DNA from: Phoronis australis
Lineage: Eukaryota > Animalia > Phoronida
Assembly (NCBI GenBank): GCA_002633005.1
Contig: NMRA01000033.1
Coordinates: 196,397-260,396 of the forward strand
Direction of reading: 5' to 3'
Length of the DNA stretch: 64,000 nucleotides
Part shown: positions 14,623 to 26,600 of the stretch, one piece after another
Layout: each line of letters begins with the position of its first letter
Numbering within the stretch: the first letter of the stretch is position 1
Program-made: the position numbers and the translations under genes
The notes under the pieces: generated by a model
Told to the model about the DNA's origin: nothing
Databases searched by the model: none
The model's input: the letters and a program-made list of their open reading frames with translations, nothing else

Positions 14623-17600
14623 GTAAGAAAACATTACATAAACTCGTGTTTGATTTCAACTCCTGACGACAACAGTTTCTTAATTGAGGCTAATCCAGAT
14701 ATCAATCTGGTCCACTGAATTAACTAATCAGTAATGGGTACCAGAGGTTTTGTTATCTTCTTCTTCTTCCAAAAATCAACAAACGATCGATCCTTACTTG
14801 TTGGCGCATTTTTAGTATAAAACTTAGGTGCACGTAGCTGTGAAAATAACGATAAAGCGAAGTGCTGGTTAGTGCCAAGATAAAAAGGTCTTAAAATGAT
14901 TACTGTGTAAGATTGATGTTCAAGATGTGACTTGTGAATATTTCTATTGGTTTCTGATGAGATGGCGAATTGTGGGAGTCTATTCCAGAGTGGAATGGTA
15001 GATGGAAAGAAAGAGTTTGCGTAGTATGCGGTGCGGATGTATGATCTCTCAAAGGTATGAGAGTGGGAGTTTCGTGATCTGGAGGTCTGTAGGAGTGGAA
15101 GGTATGAGTGAGGAATAGCAACCAGGTTATGTACGGTTTTGTACAGAAGGGATAGTTTGTTCTGAGCTCGTCTTTCCTGGAGGGTGGGCCAATTGAGAGT
15201 GTAGAGCATGGATGAAATGGAGGAGTACCTTGAGTGGTCATTTAAAACGAATCTGGCTGCTCTACGCTGTATTTTTTCTATTTTTTCAATGTTTGTACGA
15301 GTGGATGGGTCCCAGACGCAGGAGGAGTTATCTAGTTTTGGTCTAACAAGTGAAGTGTAGGCAAGGGCTTTTGTTTTTGGAGGAGCATATTTGAGATTTC
15401 ATTTAATGAAGCCAAGAGTTTTGTTTGCCTTTGAGGTGATTGTGTCTATATAAGTGTTCCATGATAAATTATTGGTGAGAGTGATCCCGAGGTATGGGGC
15501 TTCATTAATGCATTTGAGTGAAGCGTTGTGTAGGCTGTAATTGTATATAATAGGGGAACGTTTTCTGTGGATACGAAGAATGTTGCATTTGGAGATATTA
15601 AAGTTCATTTTCCAGGAGTTTTCCCAAGAGGCTAGGGAGTCTAAGTCTTGTTAAAGAATTTGGCAATCGTGGGGGGAATCAATGGGTCTGTAGAGAACTG
15701 CATCATCAGCAAAAAGCTGGACAATAGAAAGAATGGTGTCAGGAAGGTCGTTTATGTAGAGTATGAAGAGTGCAGGTCCAAGGACAGGGCCCTGGGGCAC
15801 TCCTGATTGGACTGGGGAGGAATTTGAGAACTCGCCATCGACAACGACTCTCTTTGTTCTATGAGATAGAAATGACTGTATCCAATTGTGGGTGAGACCC
15901 CTTATACCGCAGTATCTGATCTTCTCCAAGAGTCTAGGATGGGGTAACCTTATCAAAGGCTTTGGAGAAGTCCACCACCACAGCGTCGGTGTGAATGTCT
16001 GCTTCCATAGTTTGGAGGAGGTCATCTAGGAATGCGACAAGTTGTGTTTCACATGTTCTATGGCTACGAAAACCATGCTGCCAGGCGTAAAGTATATTAT
16101 TTGTGTCGAGATGAGGCTTAATGTTACTGACAACTATGTGCTCCATAAGTTTGGAACATATGCAGGTGAGTGATATTGGGCGGTAGTTTGAAGCCAGGGT
16201 TTTATCATCTTTTTTGAAGATGGGTGCTACATTTGCAGTTCGCCATTCTGACGGAACTGTAGATGTTTGATAGGATTTGATAAAGATTTCTTGGAGGACA
16301 GGTGCAATTTCTTCTGCTGCTACTTTAAGAATGTGAGGAGATATTTCATCTGGTCCAGCATCTTTGTGAGGATTGAGGTTTTGCAACGATTTTGCGTATA
16401 CCGTCAGTAGAGAAGGTTATATCATGCATGGAGTTGTAGGGGTTTGTGCCCATGTACCATCGTCCTTTGTGAAGACGGAGGAAAAGTGTGTGTTTAATAT
16501 TTCTGACTTTGTTTTTGGGTCAGTGTGTAGGAAGCCATCTTTTTTGAGAGGAGCAATATTTGGTGATTCTTTGTTGAGACTTTTGATGAAAGAGTAAAAT
16601 CTTTTTGTATTATTACCCTGGGAAGGTGTAATTATGTTGTTGATTCCAGTAGTCTTTGCGGGTTTCTTGTTGGACTAGTTTCCTAAGGTTTAGGAAGTTT
16701 TCTCTGTCAGTTTCATTTCCAGTATGTTTGGAACGGCGAAAGAGTTTGTCTCTTTTTCTGAGGAGTTTTTATTTTGGGATTTATCCAAGGAATTTGGTTT
16801 TTTGGTCTTGTAGTTTTGTGGGGGATAAAGCGTTCAGTAGCGTCAAGGTCATGTCTTGCAAAGACGGACCACATGTCATTTACGGAGGAAGAATTAAGAC
16901 CTTGTTTCAGGAATGTATCTTTGAAAGTAGCTAAATAAGTTTTTAGCTCATCGTATTTTCCTTTATTGAATAGGTAGATTTGTCTAGGTTTTTGTTTTTG
17001 TGTGGCAGAGTTTACTTCGATTTTTGTAAAGACGATGTCGTGGTTGCTAAGGCCAGAGATGACCTCAGTTTTAACTATGCTACTGGGATTGTTTGTCAGG
17101 AGGAGATCTAGCATATTGTTTTCAAGGGTAGGTTTTGTTACTATTGAAGTGGCTTATCAACCCATATTCACTCAGAGGAGCAAATTTTAGATGCCTTAAT
17201 TACTAAACTAACTTGTTCCTTACTCAAATGAGAAGTAATTTCTGGGTTCTGTTAGTTCGTTCTTCCTTGAGACCGTGACAAACTGTCACCCCGTGACCGA
17301 GTCAACTTGTTGAGCCTCATTGATCTCAAGCAATAACAAAACTGTCAGTTCTTCCAAAACCCAGAAATCTCGTTCAATTTTTTGACCAAGGAACAATTTC
17401 AGACCAATTTCGTGACTGTAAGCTACAGTCTAAATCAGAAGTTGATTTTTTTGTTATCAATGGTGGGTTTATCACTACTTTAAATGCTAAATGTAAAGCG
17501 CTTTATTGAATAACAGAGGGAAACATAACCAGGTGAAATATTCCACAAATTCAGGATGCTGTGAACAGTCTCTATTGGTAAAAACGTCTTTTGTGTGAAA

Positions 17601-20600
17601 ATTGTGAATCAAGCCCTGACAAATTGACCACGTGTCCGCCGTGATTGTGCAAGTCATGCAAAACTTGTTACAAAGATGGCTTATAGCATAGATAATAGTT
17701 ACATTTCTAGAAGTTAAAATCAAGTTTTCATTTTTGATTTTATTACTCATGTTGTTTCAGATGAGTACCAGTATATTTAACCAATGTTTAAGTAAGGTTG
17801 AAATGCGCAAACAGAACTTTGAAATGAGGGTAGTTTCATATGTTAATAAACTTGTGATAATGACCAGCATATCAAATATATCAGTTATAATGATGCAATT
17901 AAACTTGAGAGCAGAATCATGAAATATATATCATAGACCCTTTTCCTACTAACATTGTTTTGGGGAGCATTGGCCCATAACAATGGTTAAAGCATCTATA
18001 ATCCCGCCTTTGTCCTTAAAATATAACTATTGATTCAGTCCACTTTGCACCATAAAATTAGTCTCTACTTAACTCAGGCAATGAATGATTTCTGGTGTAG
18101 CAAAAATCTAACAGCTAATTTCTAGTGCGTGAGACCATGTTCGGGTCATAAAATGGTCTATGACGAACCTTCTCCTAGATCCTAGACAAGATTTATGTAA
18201 TGTTAGTGCCTCAAATCAAATATCAGTTTTTGACAGAACGAGACTTTATAACTGCTTCCAGTCTCATCTTGGATGAAAGTTGAATTAAGCAGCAATACTT
18301 CAGTAGTTATGTTGATGTATTCAATAACAATTAAGTACATTTTAGTTAGAAAATTTGGGTATTGCTGCATGGAACTCTGGATACGGAATGCCAACTTTGA
18401 TCTCGCGTTGCTGAGGTTGCACCACGCATGCGTGGGACTTGTTTTTATTCATTGCAGTGTCGTCTCTTGCTACGGGCACATAGGGGTCAGGGTGGAATGC
18501 TCGTTTTGTGTGAATGAAGTTAAGTTTAAAACTTCGGTAAAAGTGGAGTAAACAGGTCCCTCTTCAAAAAGACTTAACCGGGAACCAGTTTTCGCTGAAT
18601 AACGGACTTCATATTAAGTAATTATCATTTTGCATACCTGGCAGGTTTAAAAATTACTTTTTAATTTTAAAAACCAACAGTGTTACCAAAGTGCAAAAAT
18701 GTGTAACAATGAAACTAGTGATGTGCTAATTGACTGATTGATTAACTAATTAGTCAGCTAATTAATTTGTAATATCAATTAATGCAGGGTGTTAATAGTA
18801 GCAAAAAAGGATTTGAACCACAGAGGTTACATAAACGGCCAATTAAAACAGCAGGTAATAAGTTTCAGTGATTCAAAAGATTGCTGGGGCATAAAAACAA
18901 GATCTAAGTACAGGCCTTTATCCAGGATTTCGAAAATAGGGTGTCCTAAATGGGGTTCCCAATATTCCAGGGCATCCATAATTGTGACGCATTACCCCCC
19001 ACCCCCAGCAGTCCCCCAAACACACAGATTTTTTTACAAAAAATGCATAGACCAAGGTTTTACATCTAAGTTTACAAAACAGCCTTCTGTAGTGAGCATT
19101 TTTAATAAAAAAATTGGTGTAGACCAAGACTTTTACAATGCTATCAACCAAGTGTGAGCATAGCAACATTGTATATACTTTGTATTATATACATTGTATA
19201 TTTCTTCCTGCTTTGAAAAAAGAGCCCCCACTGAGCCTTCAGAGGCTTCCTAGTAATCATTACAATGTGTGTGTCCAAACTTGAAAGGTTCCTATTGACA
19301 ATGGGCATCCAAATGATACATTGGGCATCCTTACCAGAGTGTCCATATTTGTGCTAGGGCGTCCATTTGGATGCCCAGGACGTACGCTGTATAAAGGGCT
19401 GTCTTAGTATATGGATCCATCACAGTTGCTGTGAAGAATATAGTCAGGCTTAATTCATCCAAATGAATGAGCAGTGTAACCAATGGGTTTGTTGGCTAAT
19501 TTTGCTGAGAAATGGCTTCTTGTCTGTTGAACAAAAATGTCATAATGTAAAATCAATGAAGTAATGAAATTTGGCTTGATTTAATGATAACTACGTCACC
19601 CAATCAAAACTTGAAGTCGAGCGCACAACCAGAAATTCACAGTACAAACTCTCGCGGCCAGTCCAGTGACATCTCCATTAGCAAGCTCTAACACTTGCGG
19701 GTTGGCATTACATTTCTACTGTTCTGTGGTATAAGCAATGAAATCAACACTAAAATTGAATTCTGAAATGTTGATATACTAATAACTCAAGTGTTTCAAG
19801 TTTTTCGCCACATATCCCATTGCTGTACTCTCTGGTTCATGTCATTCTACAATAGACTATCAAAGTCAAAAGCTGAATACTGGTAATTTTAAAAAACAAA
19901 ACTTTGAAACTCTCTGTTGAAAGCAGTATCAGATTTCCTGTTACAAACCACAGACATAAGTCCCCAAGTTTCCAAGCACGATTTTAAATTTTGTTGGATG
20001 GGAACTTTAGGCGCTAGATCTCATTTATCACCTAGCAAGTGTAATGAACTTTGCTTTGTAGCAGTTGAGATTGCAATGTAGCAAAAACCACTGCGCGGAT
20101 TTTTATGGCCGGCTTCTTTTACTTGGAGATCAGGAAACAGAGGGATTGCCGTCAGCAGTAATGCTCCCTGTTTATGACATCATTCTTTCTTGTTTATTTT
20201 AAGCATTGTAGAGTGTAAAAACTAAATCTTTCATTGAAAATTGAACTTTTTCATTGTTTGAGTGGTAAAATCAGTTGAACTACAACAGAAGAAAAGAGAA
20301 ATCATGCGCATTGCAAGGACTGTTCCTTTGCTCATATGTTCCAACCTCTGCATCTTTCAGAGCAACACAATGGGGCGGCTTGACTTGTGTTGAGTGACCT
20401 TAATACCCCCAAACAATTGAGTGAAATTTGAATGAGTAGCATGTCCAAGGGGAGGAATCAACAGTTGGTCGGACTTCAAAGCAACTTGTCGAACTTCAAA
20501 ACCAGCAGGCTTGACTGCAAAATGCAATGGCAGGTGTACTATTGGTGATTGGACCTCAAAACAGGTTGGCCGGTATCTCAAAACCAGATGGCTGCACTAA

Positions 20601-23600
20601 AAAATCTGGTTGGTCAGACCTCATAACGGTTGGCCGGTGCTCAAACACAATGGTCGAACAAATCGCCTATTTTGAACAAAACAGACAAACAGCTACGAAA
20701 AATAAACAGGTAGATGTCGCTTGAATCCTGCGAGACGTTCAAAGCGAGTCTCTGAAGAAGTCCGGCCGTTGTGTTTGATCACCAGCTAAATGGCTAGAAC
20801 ACCAGTCATCATGTTTTGGTCTAGCCAACTAGTTTTTTGGGGGAGGCCATCGTGTTTTGAAGTTTGGACAACACATTTGATCACTGTCCATTTGGTTTTG
20901 CGGTCCAGCCGACTCTGAAGTGCAGGCGAGTGGTTTTGAAGTCCGACCAGTTGTTGATTCCCTCCTTGATGTCGTGACATGCTGCAATTTTTCCAAAGTT
21001 AACCACAATCAATATATTTGGTTTCAGATTATCTCGTGCCCATGTTGAAGATGTCACATCGAGGTTGCACTTTGTGTCTGAGTATTACCATAACTTGGGC
21101 AACTGGATCCCATCTCTCTTGATGGAGTGGAGCTGTGTCGACCATAACTGTGGCTATGACCAGGTCGCTGTCACTGTTGACCAATCAGGTAAAGTGTGAA
21201 GTCTCGAACCCAGACTCCATTAGCATTTTAGTCTAGTCTGGTGGATATCTCGCAAATATGGCCAAGTGGTCAGATTTTTTTACCATATACTTAGCCGCGA
21301 TGTGATGTGCACTTTGCATATTTCAACATTTCAAATGGTCTCTTATTTCTGTTATCTTCTTTAATTTTTTTGAAACAAATATTTATCTAATGATTGTAAA
21401 AGCATGCGGTTTATGTTCAAGTGATTTAAACTGGTTGGCCTCATTATTGACTGACCAATCAAGAACTAGAAGTCAGAGATCTATACCAGGTTCAAATGTT
21501 ATTAGAGTCTGGGTTTGAGACAAGTAAAGTATGCCACAGTCCTTTGGGTGCCTCTGCTGTAGGTTTGTGTCAGGGCAATTCTTAGTAGTCTGTAACAGGG
21601 GTCCCGGATTTTGAAAACCAGTTTGATGCCCGTTATTCATTGGAGAATACCGGTTATCGACTAGGGCTAAATTCCCAGAAATAGACGATATTGCCCATCT
21701 CAAATTCAATAATCACCGGAAAAAAAGCAAAATTATCCAGTCTGTAGATTGGAAACACATTTGAGAAGTATGGTGAACGCCAAAATCACCCTTGATCCAA
21801 ATCAAATAATTCAATTTTTGCTTGAGTTTCCATGTCCCAGATTGTAGAGACTGGTACAGAATTTTTATTGTATTACTGGCAGGTGTTTTGTTCTCGTAAG
21901 TATTGATTTAGGGGGGTATTTTGCTTTTGATTCTCTCTCATGCAGGTATTCAAAATGTGTCAGATTAAGTCTCGGGTTGTCAACGGCTCAGAAAAGTTGG
22001 TGGGTGGGAAACACGTAAATGTTACCATGTAAAAATGCACACAATTTTTCATCAGTACTGACAAGTACAGTTAGCATACATTCAAATTATTGCAGGTCAT
22101 GTTCCTTTGAAATTATAAGGAGTGTGTAGAATCACTGTGTATGAGCACTTACTTTGTTATTTTGTGGTCTAAGTGAAAGTTTTTGTACATTTGTCAGTTT
22201 ATACAAACTTAATTCAAATGCATCATGTGATAGCTGAATTTGTTCTTCAGCTCTAAAAACCAAAACAGATGCAAATGAAGTGTGCATTAAATTTAAAAAA
22301 GAGAGTGCAGGGGTCTGATATGCTTTGAGGTGCATCAGATGTGCTCATGATTGAACCCATTGCACAAAACCTTTTTGACAGAAATGAGACACACTTTGTT
22401 GATGACACGACTGCTTGATTCAGACTGGCTCGTTGTCTAAACAGATTTTATCTTTCTTCAGGCTTTGTTTCATTAGGTTTGTGGACTTCCTACCGTGTGA
22501 CACATTCACACTCTCTGCTTGTATGCCCTTCTACCCACTGTCACCGTATATTTCACTATTTATTTGGCTTCCTATATGTTCACCTGACTCATTGACTGAT
22601 GATGAGACATGTGGTTCTAAATATAGCTGATGTTTTAACTTGATTGTCCGTTATGTCTCTTGGTGTTTTCCTTCGTAGCTGTATGTCTGAAGATAGGACA
22701 TTGTTTAGAGACTACGATCGAGTCTGTATTAAGCTGTTAAACAAAAAGTCGTGTCTTCAACACAGGTTGCGTTAATTAAGGGCTGCTGCCGAATTATACA
22801 GAATTAAGAAGGAATGAATTTTTGTTGTTTTACAGGAAATGAATATGTGTCACCTCGCATTGATGCTCGCTATGACTGGTTGCCCTCTCCCAAGTCAAAG
22901 TTTAAAGATAACACCCTTCAAGCAAGATACCATGGCGATGGATGCAAAACAGATTTTGCTATGAAGGGTCATATTGCTATTGTCCAAGATGGGAACTGCT
23001 CTTATTTCAAAAAGGTATCATTATTTGTAGGCTTCACCACTTGTTGGGAATGGTGAGAAACATTAGTTGCATTCACTGTCTGTTCAAAATACTCCTGAAT
23101 GTGACTGGGTATTGATTACTTCCGAGCTCATGACTCGTGGAATGGGACCCTCCTTTGGTATTTTTCTTTTTTTATTTTCTCATTTTGGATTGACAAGAGG
23201 AAACATATGAGTAGGAGCAGTAGAGTCTCACCAATTAGTCTGAACATAAGATGGGAGATGAGTGAATTTTTATTTTCTCATCTTTCCGTTTTGAAAGATT
23301 GTAGGCATTCCCAACAATATTAAGCTTAGAGAATTGGAATAAGTAATTGCCAAATTGCTGAGATTTTACTGTCAAAACAGAATTGAGGATTCACTATATC
23401 TTTTATGAAATCAACCTTAAGTAGCTTTGAGTACATTCGGTTGATAATTTTTAGCCTCATTAAGTGTTACTGTGGTTGGTTTCAATGGCAACAACCAAAA
23501 TTGATAATATGGTTTTTAAAAAAATAGAAATTTTCATAACTCAGTTTCTAAGAGAGTTATCAGTGTATTTTTTATTTTAAGGATAACAATTGTGTGAACA

Positions 23601-26600
23601 TCTTGTCTGAAGTTTTTTAAGATTACAAGGACATTTTTTGTTTTTCTTGTACTCGTACATTTTTGCGTTTTCATATGTACTTTCTGTTGCCTAGGTATCT
23701 CAGATGCAGGCATCAGGAGCCGTTGGTGTTATTGTGGTCACTAACACTCAAGACGCCGTTGTTAAGGACATGACATGTGTTGGTGATGAATGCAATACAC
23801 CGTTGAACATACCAGCCTCCATGATTCCATACTATGCTTTCAACAAGTAAAGTGTTGCTGCCTGCTCAGTTGTGTAATTAATGGACTTGAAATGAAATGA
23901 TCTTCCCGAGATCATCAGTGGATGTGTTCTATTTCTTGTGACTAATTCTTCTGTTCCTGTTCTAAAGGAAATGACGAATAGAATATCTCAGTGCTGAGAC
24001 ATCATTGCATCCCTTTATTGTTATGTAGGACCCTTAAAAAATGTGCAGATTTGGCAAATTTTGGAACATGTCTCAGAAACGGATTCATGTGATACTTTTG
24101 GTACTAAGCTTTACTGCTCTCTCTTGTTAATAAGGTCCTACATAACCTTATGTGAGTGTAGGTTAAGAAGAGTACTTTGTAGTTATCTCTAGCATAGAAA
24201 TTGTTATTACAGTACACTGTAATAACTGGCATGGAAAGGTTTTGATAAAAAGTGTTATTTTTATGATCTTCGTCAACTCACACAATTTATCAAGAATGGC
24301 AAGTCACTTGAATTCTGATAAATAGAAGATGTCACTTATTGCTAAACTTTGCCCACCCAAACTTTACTCATGAAAGGCCAGTTTCTAGGATAGTTCTTGG
24401 TCATCTAGTATCAGTTAAAGGCGAAGGCAACCTTTTTCCATGTCATTTTGAGCTAAAATAAGGTTGGTTGGTTATCCTAGACATATTTTCCACTTAATTA
24501 CAGCTTTTCGTAATTTTATAAATTACTCGTCCGCTACTCCGGAAGTGACGTTTTAGGAGGCAAGCGTTTCCCACCACTTGGTTTTGCGTTGACTTTACCG
24601 TGCGAATCTGTTCTATTCTACTTTTGTTTTGTGCTGTTTTTCAACAATTGTCGCCACCACTTTCCATCGGCGAGTATTTTGAGGCAAGATAGGTTAGTAG
24701 GGAACTCAACTACGTTGGATTTAGGGATTGTTTAGTGTGTTGTAAGCTGAAAATGTCTGGAGTCAGTGACCCGTATCACAGTGACAGTAGTGTGAGTAAC
24801 GGAGACCTTGTTCACAGCAGTGGTGACGAGGAATTTTTTCACGGACATTCAGTGAGTGGGTACATGTTTGAGCCCGAGTATAACGAGGCAGAGTACGCAC
24901 AGGATCAGGCAGCTGTTGAGAGAAACGAGGCGGCTACTGAGGACAGACGTGGTGACACATCTTGGTGCAAATGCACTGTGTGTGTTGTTATGCCTACCTC
25001 AATGGAATGCTTGTGCTGTTCAGAGTTCGACGAGGCCAAGCTACTACTGGACATGGTTAAGTGGACCTCCGGCATACCACGGACAGAGGAACAACTGTCC
25101 CACTTGCCAGAGTGTCCCGCGACACACTCCCACTGGATGGTAACCTGAGCACCCAAACTGCTTACATCGTGTCGTGTGACTCCCTCGCCACACACCTGGC
25201 ACCTTCTAAATAGCTCCAACACTTTAGACAAGTCCACAATAAACTTATTAAAGTTTGGCTCACCGATCTGTTCACTGGACGACGAACTGTCCTCTTCACT
25301 GGGTGTCGAACTGAGCCTGTAATCACTCCCACTACTCAATATCGCTGCAGGGCTGCTTAGAGGCTCTGGGCTGGAGAAAACAGCACAGGGCGAATCACTA
25401 CTGGTTCCAGGAATTGCACGCTCTGGGGTACGTTCAGAGGCACGGGTGACAGTAGATGAAGTGCCTCCACTGGCTCTAGTCACTGTACTGGCCACAGCTC
25501 GCGAGGCTTCTCGCTTCAAAAACACACTTCTCGGGGGTGGCGACGGGGCACTGCCAGGAATCAACACAGACGAAATGGCATCCTTCAGACGTTGTTTCGC
25601 AGGGACCTTCATCAGTTCAGCGTACAAATCCCTTTTGTAATCGGACGGCAGAAAGTGCTTGCCATACACACGGTAATTCTCCACTGCTTTGTACGTTGCG
25701 TGGACGGGTAACGCTGCGTTCTTCACACGAACGAGCCAAGTACGGCGAAGTGTGTCATCCATCGGAAAGCGATGCAAAGGTACTCCCAAAGCGCGCGTGA
25801 GCCGATAATTAGTACATCCTGGTACGCTGCAACAGTGTGGCATGTTGACTGACTAGTAAATGAAAGCAAACGACGACGGAACTTAACACAACCGAGGTAG
25901 AACAATGACGGACTCGGCAGCTCTCACAGTCAGACTATATGAAAAGAAATTGGCGCGAAATGCTTGCCTCCTAAAACGTCACTTCCGGAGTAGCGGACGA
26001 GTAATTTATAAAATTACGAAAAGCTGTAATTAAGTGGAAAATATGTCTAGGATAACCAACCAACCTTATTTTAGCTCAAAATGACATGGAAAAAGGTTGC
26101 CTTCGCCTTTAATATCATCAAGTATCTAAAACTACATTTGGGGCCTTGTTGACAGTTTCATGCTTTGCATTTTTGGTCAGTGATCATTAGTCACCTTTAT
26201 TTCAGTTACCCAAAAGCCAACTTCTCAGTCCACTACCAGAACACGCCATCACCTAGCTTCTTCTTCGCCATTGACCCCAAAGGTCAACTGTCAGAGGTTG
26301 GCTGGTTCCTATATCCTTCCTTTATGTTCCTCGTCTGGCAGGACCAGTGGTGAGTCATGGAGTTGTATTAGAGAAGTATATTCTCTTTTAGCTGAAGCAA
26401 TTGTAGTGAGAAGTAGTAGTAGCAACAACAGTAGAAGCAGTAGAAGCAATGGTGTCAGAAGTTGTGATAGAAACAGAAACGGCAATAGCAGCGGCTTGTT
26501 CAATGGAGTGAATGCTCACCTAAATTGAGACCGAGTGCCTGAATGAAGTGAGAGTTCACTACTGAATGACAGCGTGTACTCGCTTCAGAAAACCAAGCAA

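Larger units (their letters stand above)
24419..26108. mobile_element. Kolobok-type DNA transposon, internally deleted (non-autonomous), in intron 4
   Basis: TTAA TSD at 24415-24418 and 26109-26112; AG..CT termini; TIRs 24419-24570 and 25957-26108, identical for 147 bp; convergent THAP-transposase and KolX-like ORFs. Confidence 0.9.

Noticed and set aside
21946-22014. Exon-like segment with a good acceptor (tctctcatgcag) in PNGase intron 2
   Set aside because: In the required phase it hits TAA after 7 codons, and exon 2 joins exon 3 cleanly without it. At most a poison exon.
24419-26108. piggyBac or P-element assignment for the TTAA/THAP element
   Set aside because: piggyBac ends in CC..GG and lacks THAP; P elements make 8-bp TSDs. 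AG termini, TTAA and a convergent Cys-rich gene fit Kolobok.
26271-26528. Poly-Leu and poly-Ser ORFs in the track; also the Gln/His/Thr-rich ORF at 52969-53163
   Set aside because: Translations of simple repeats or minisatellite.
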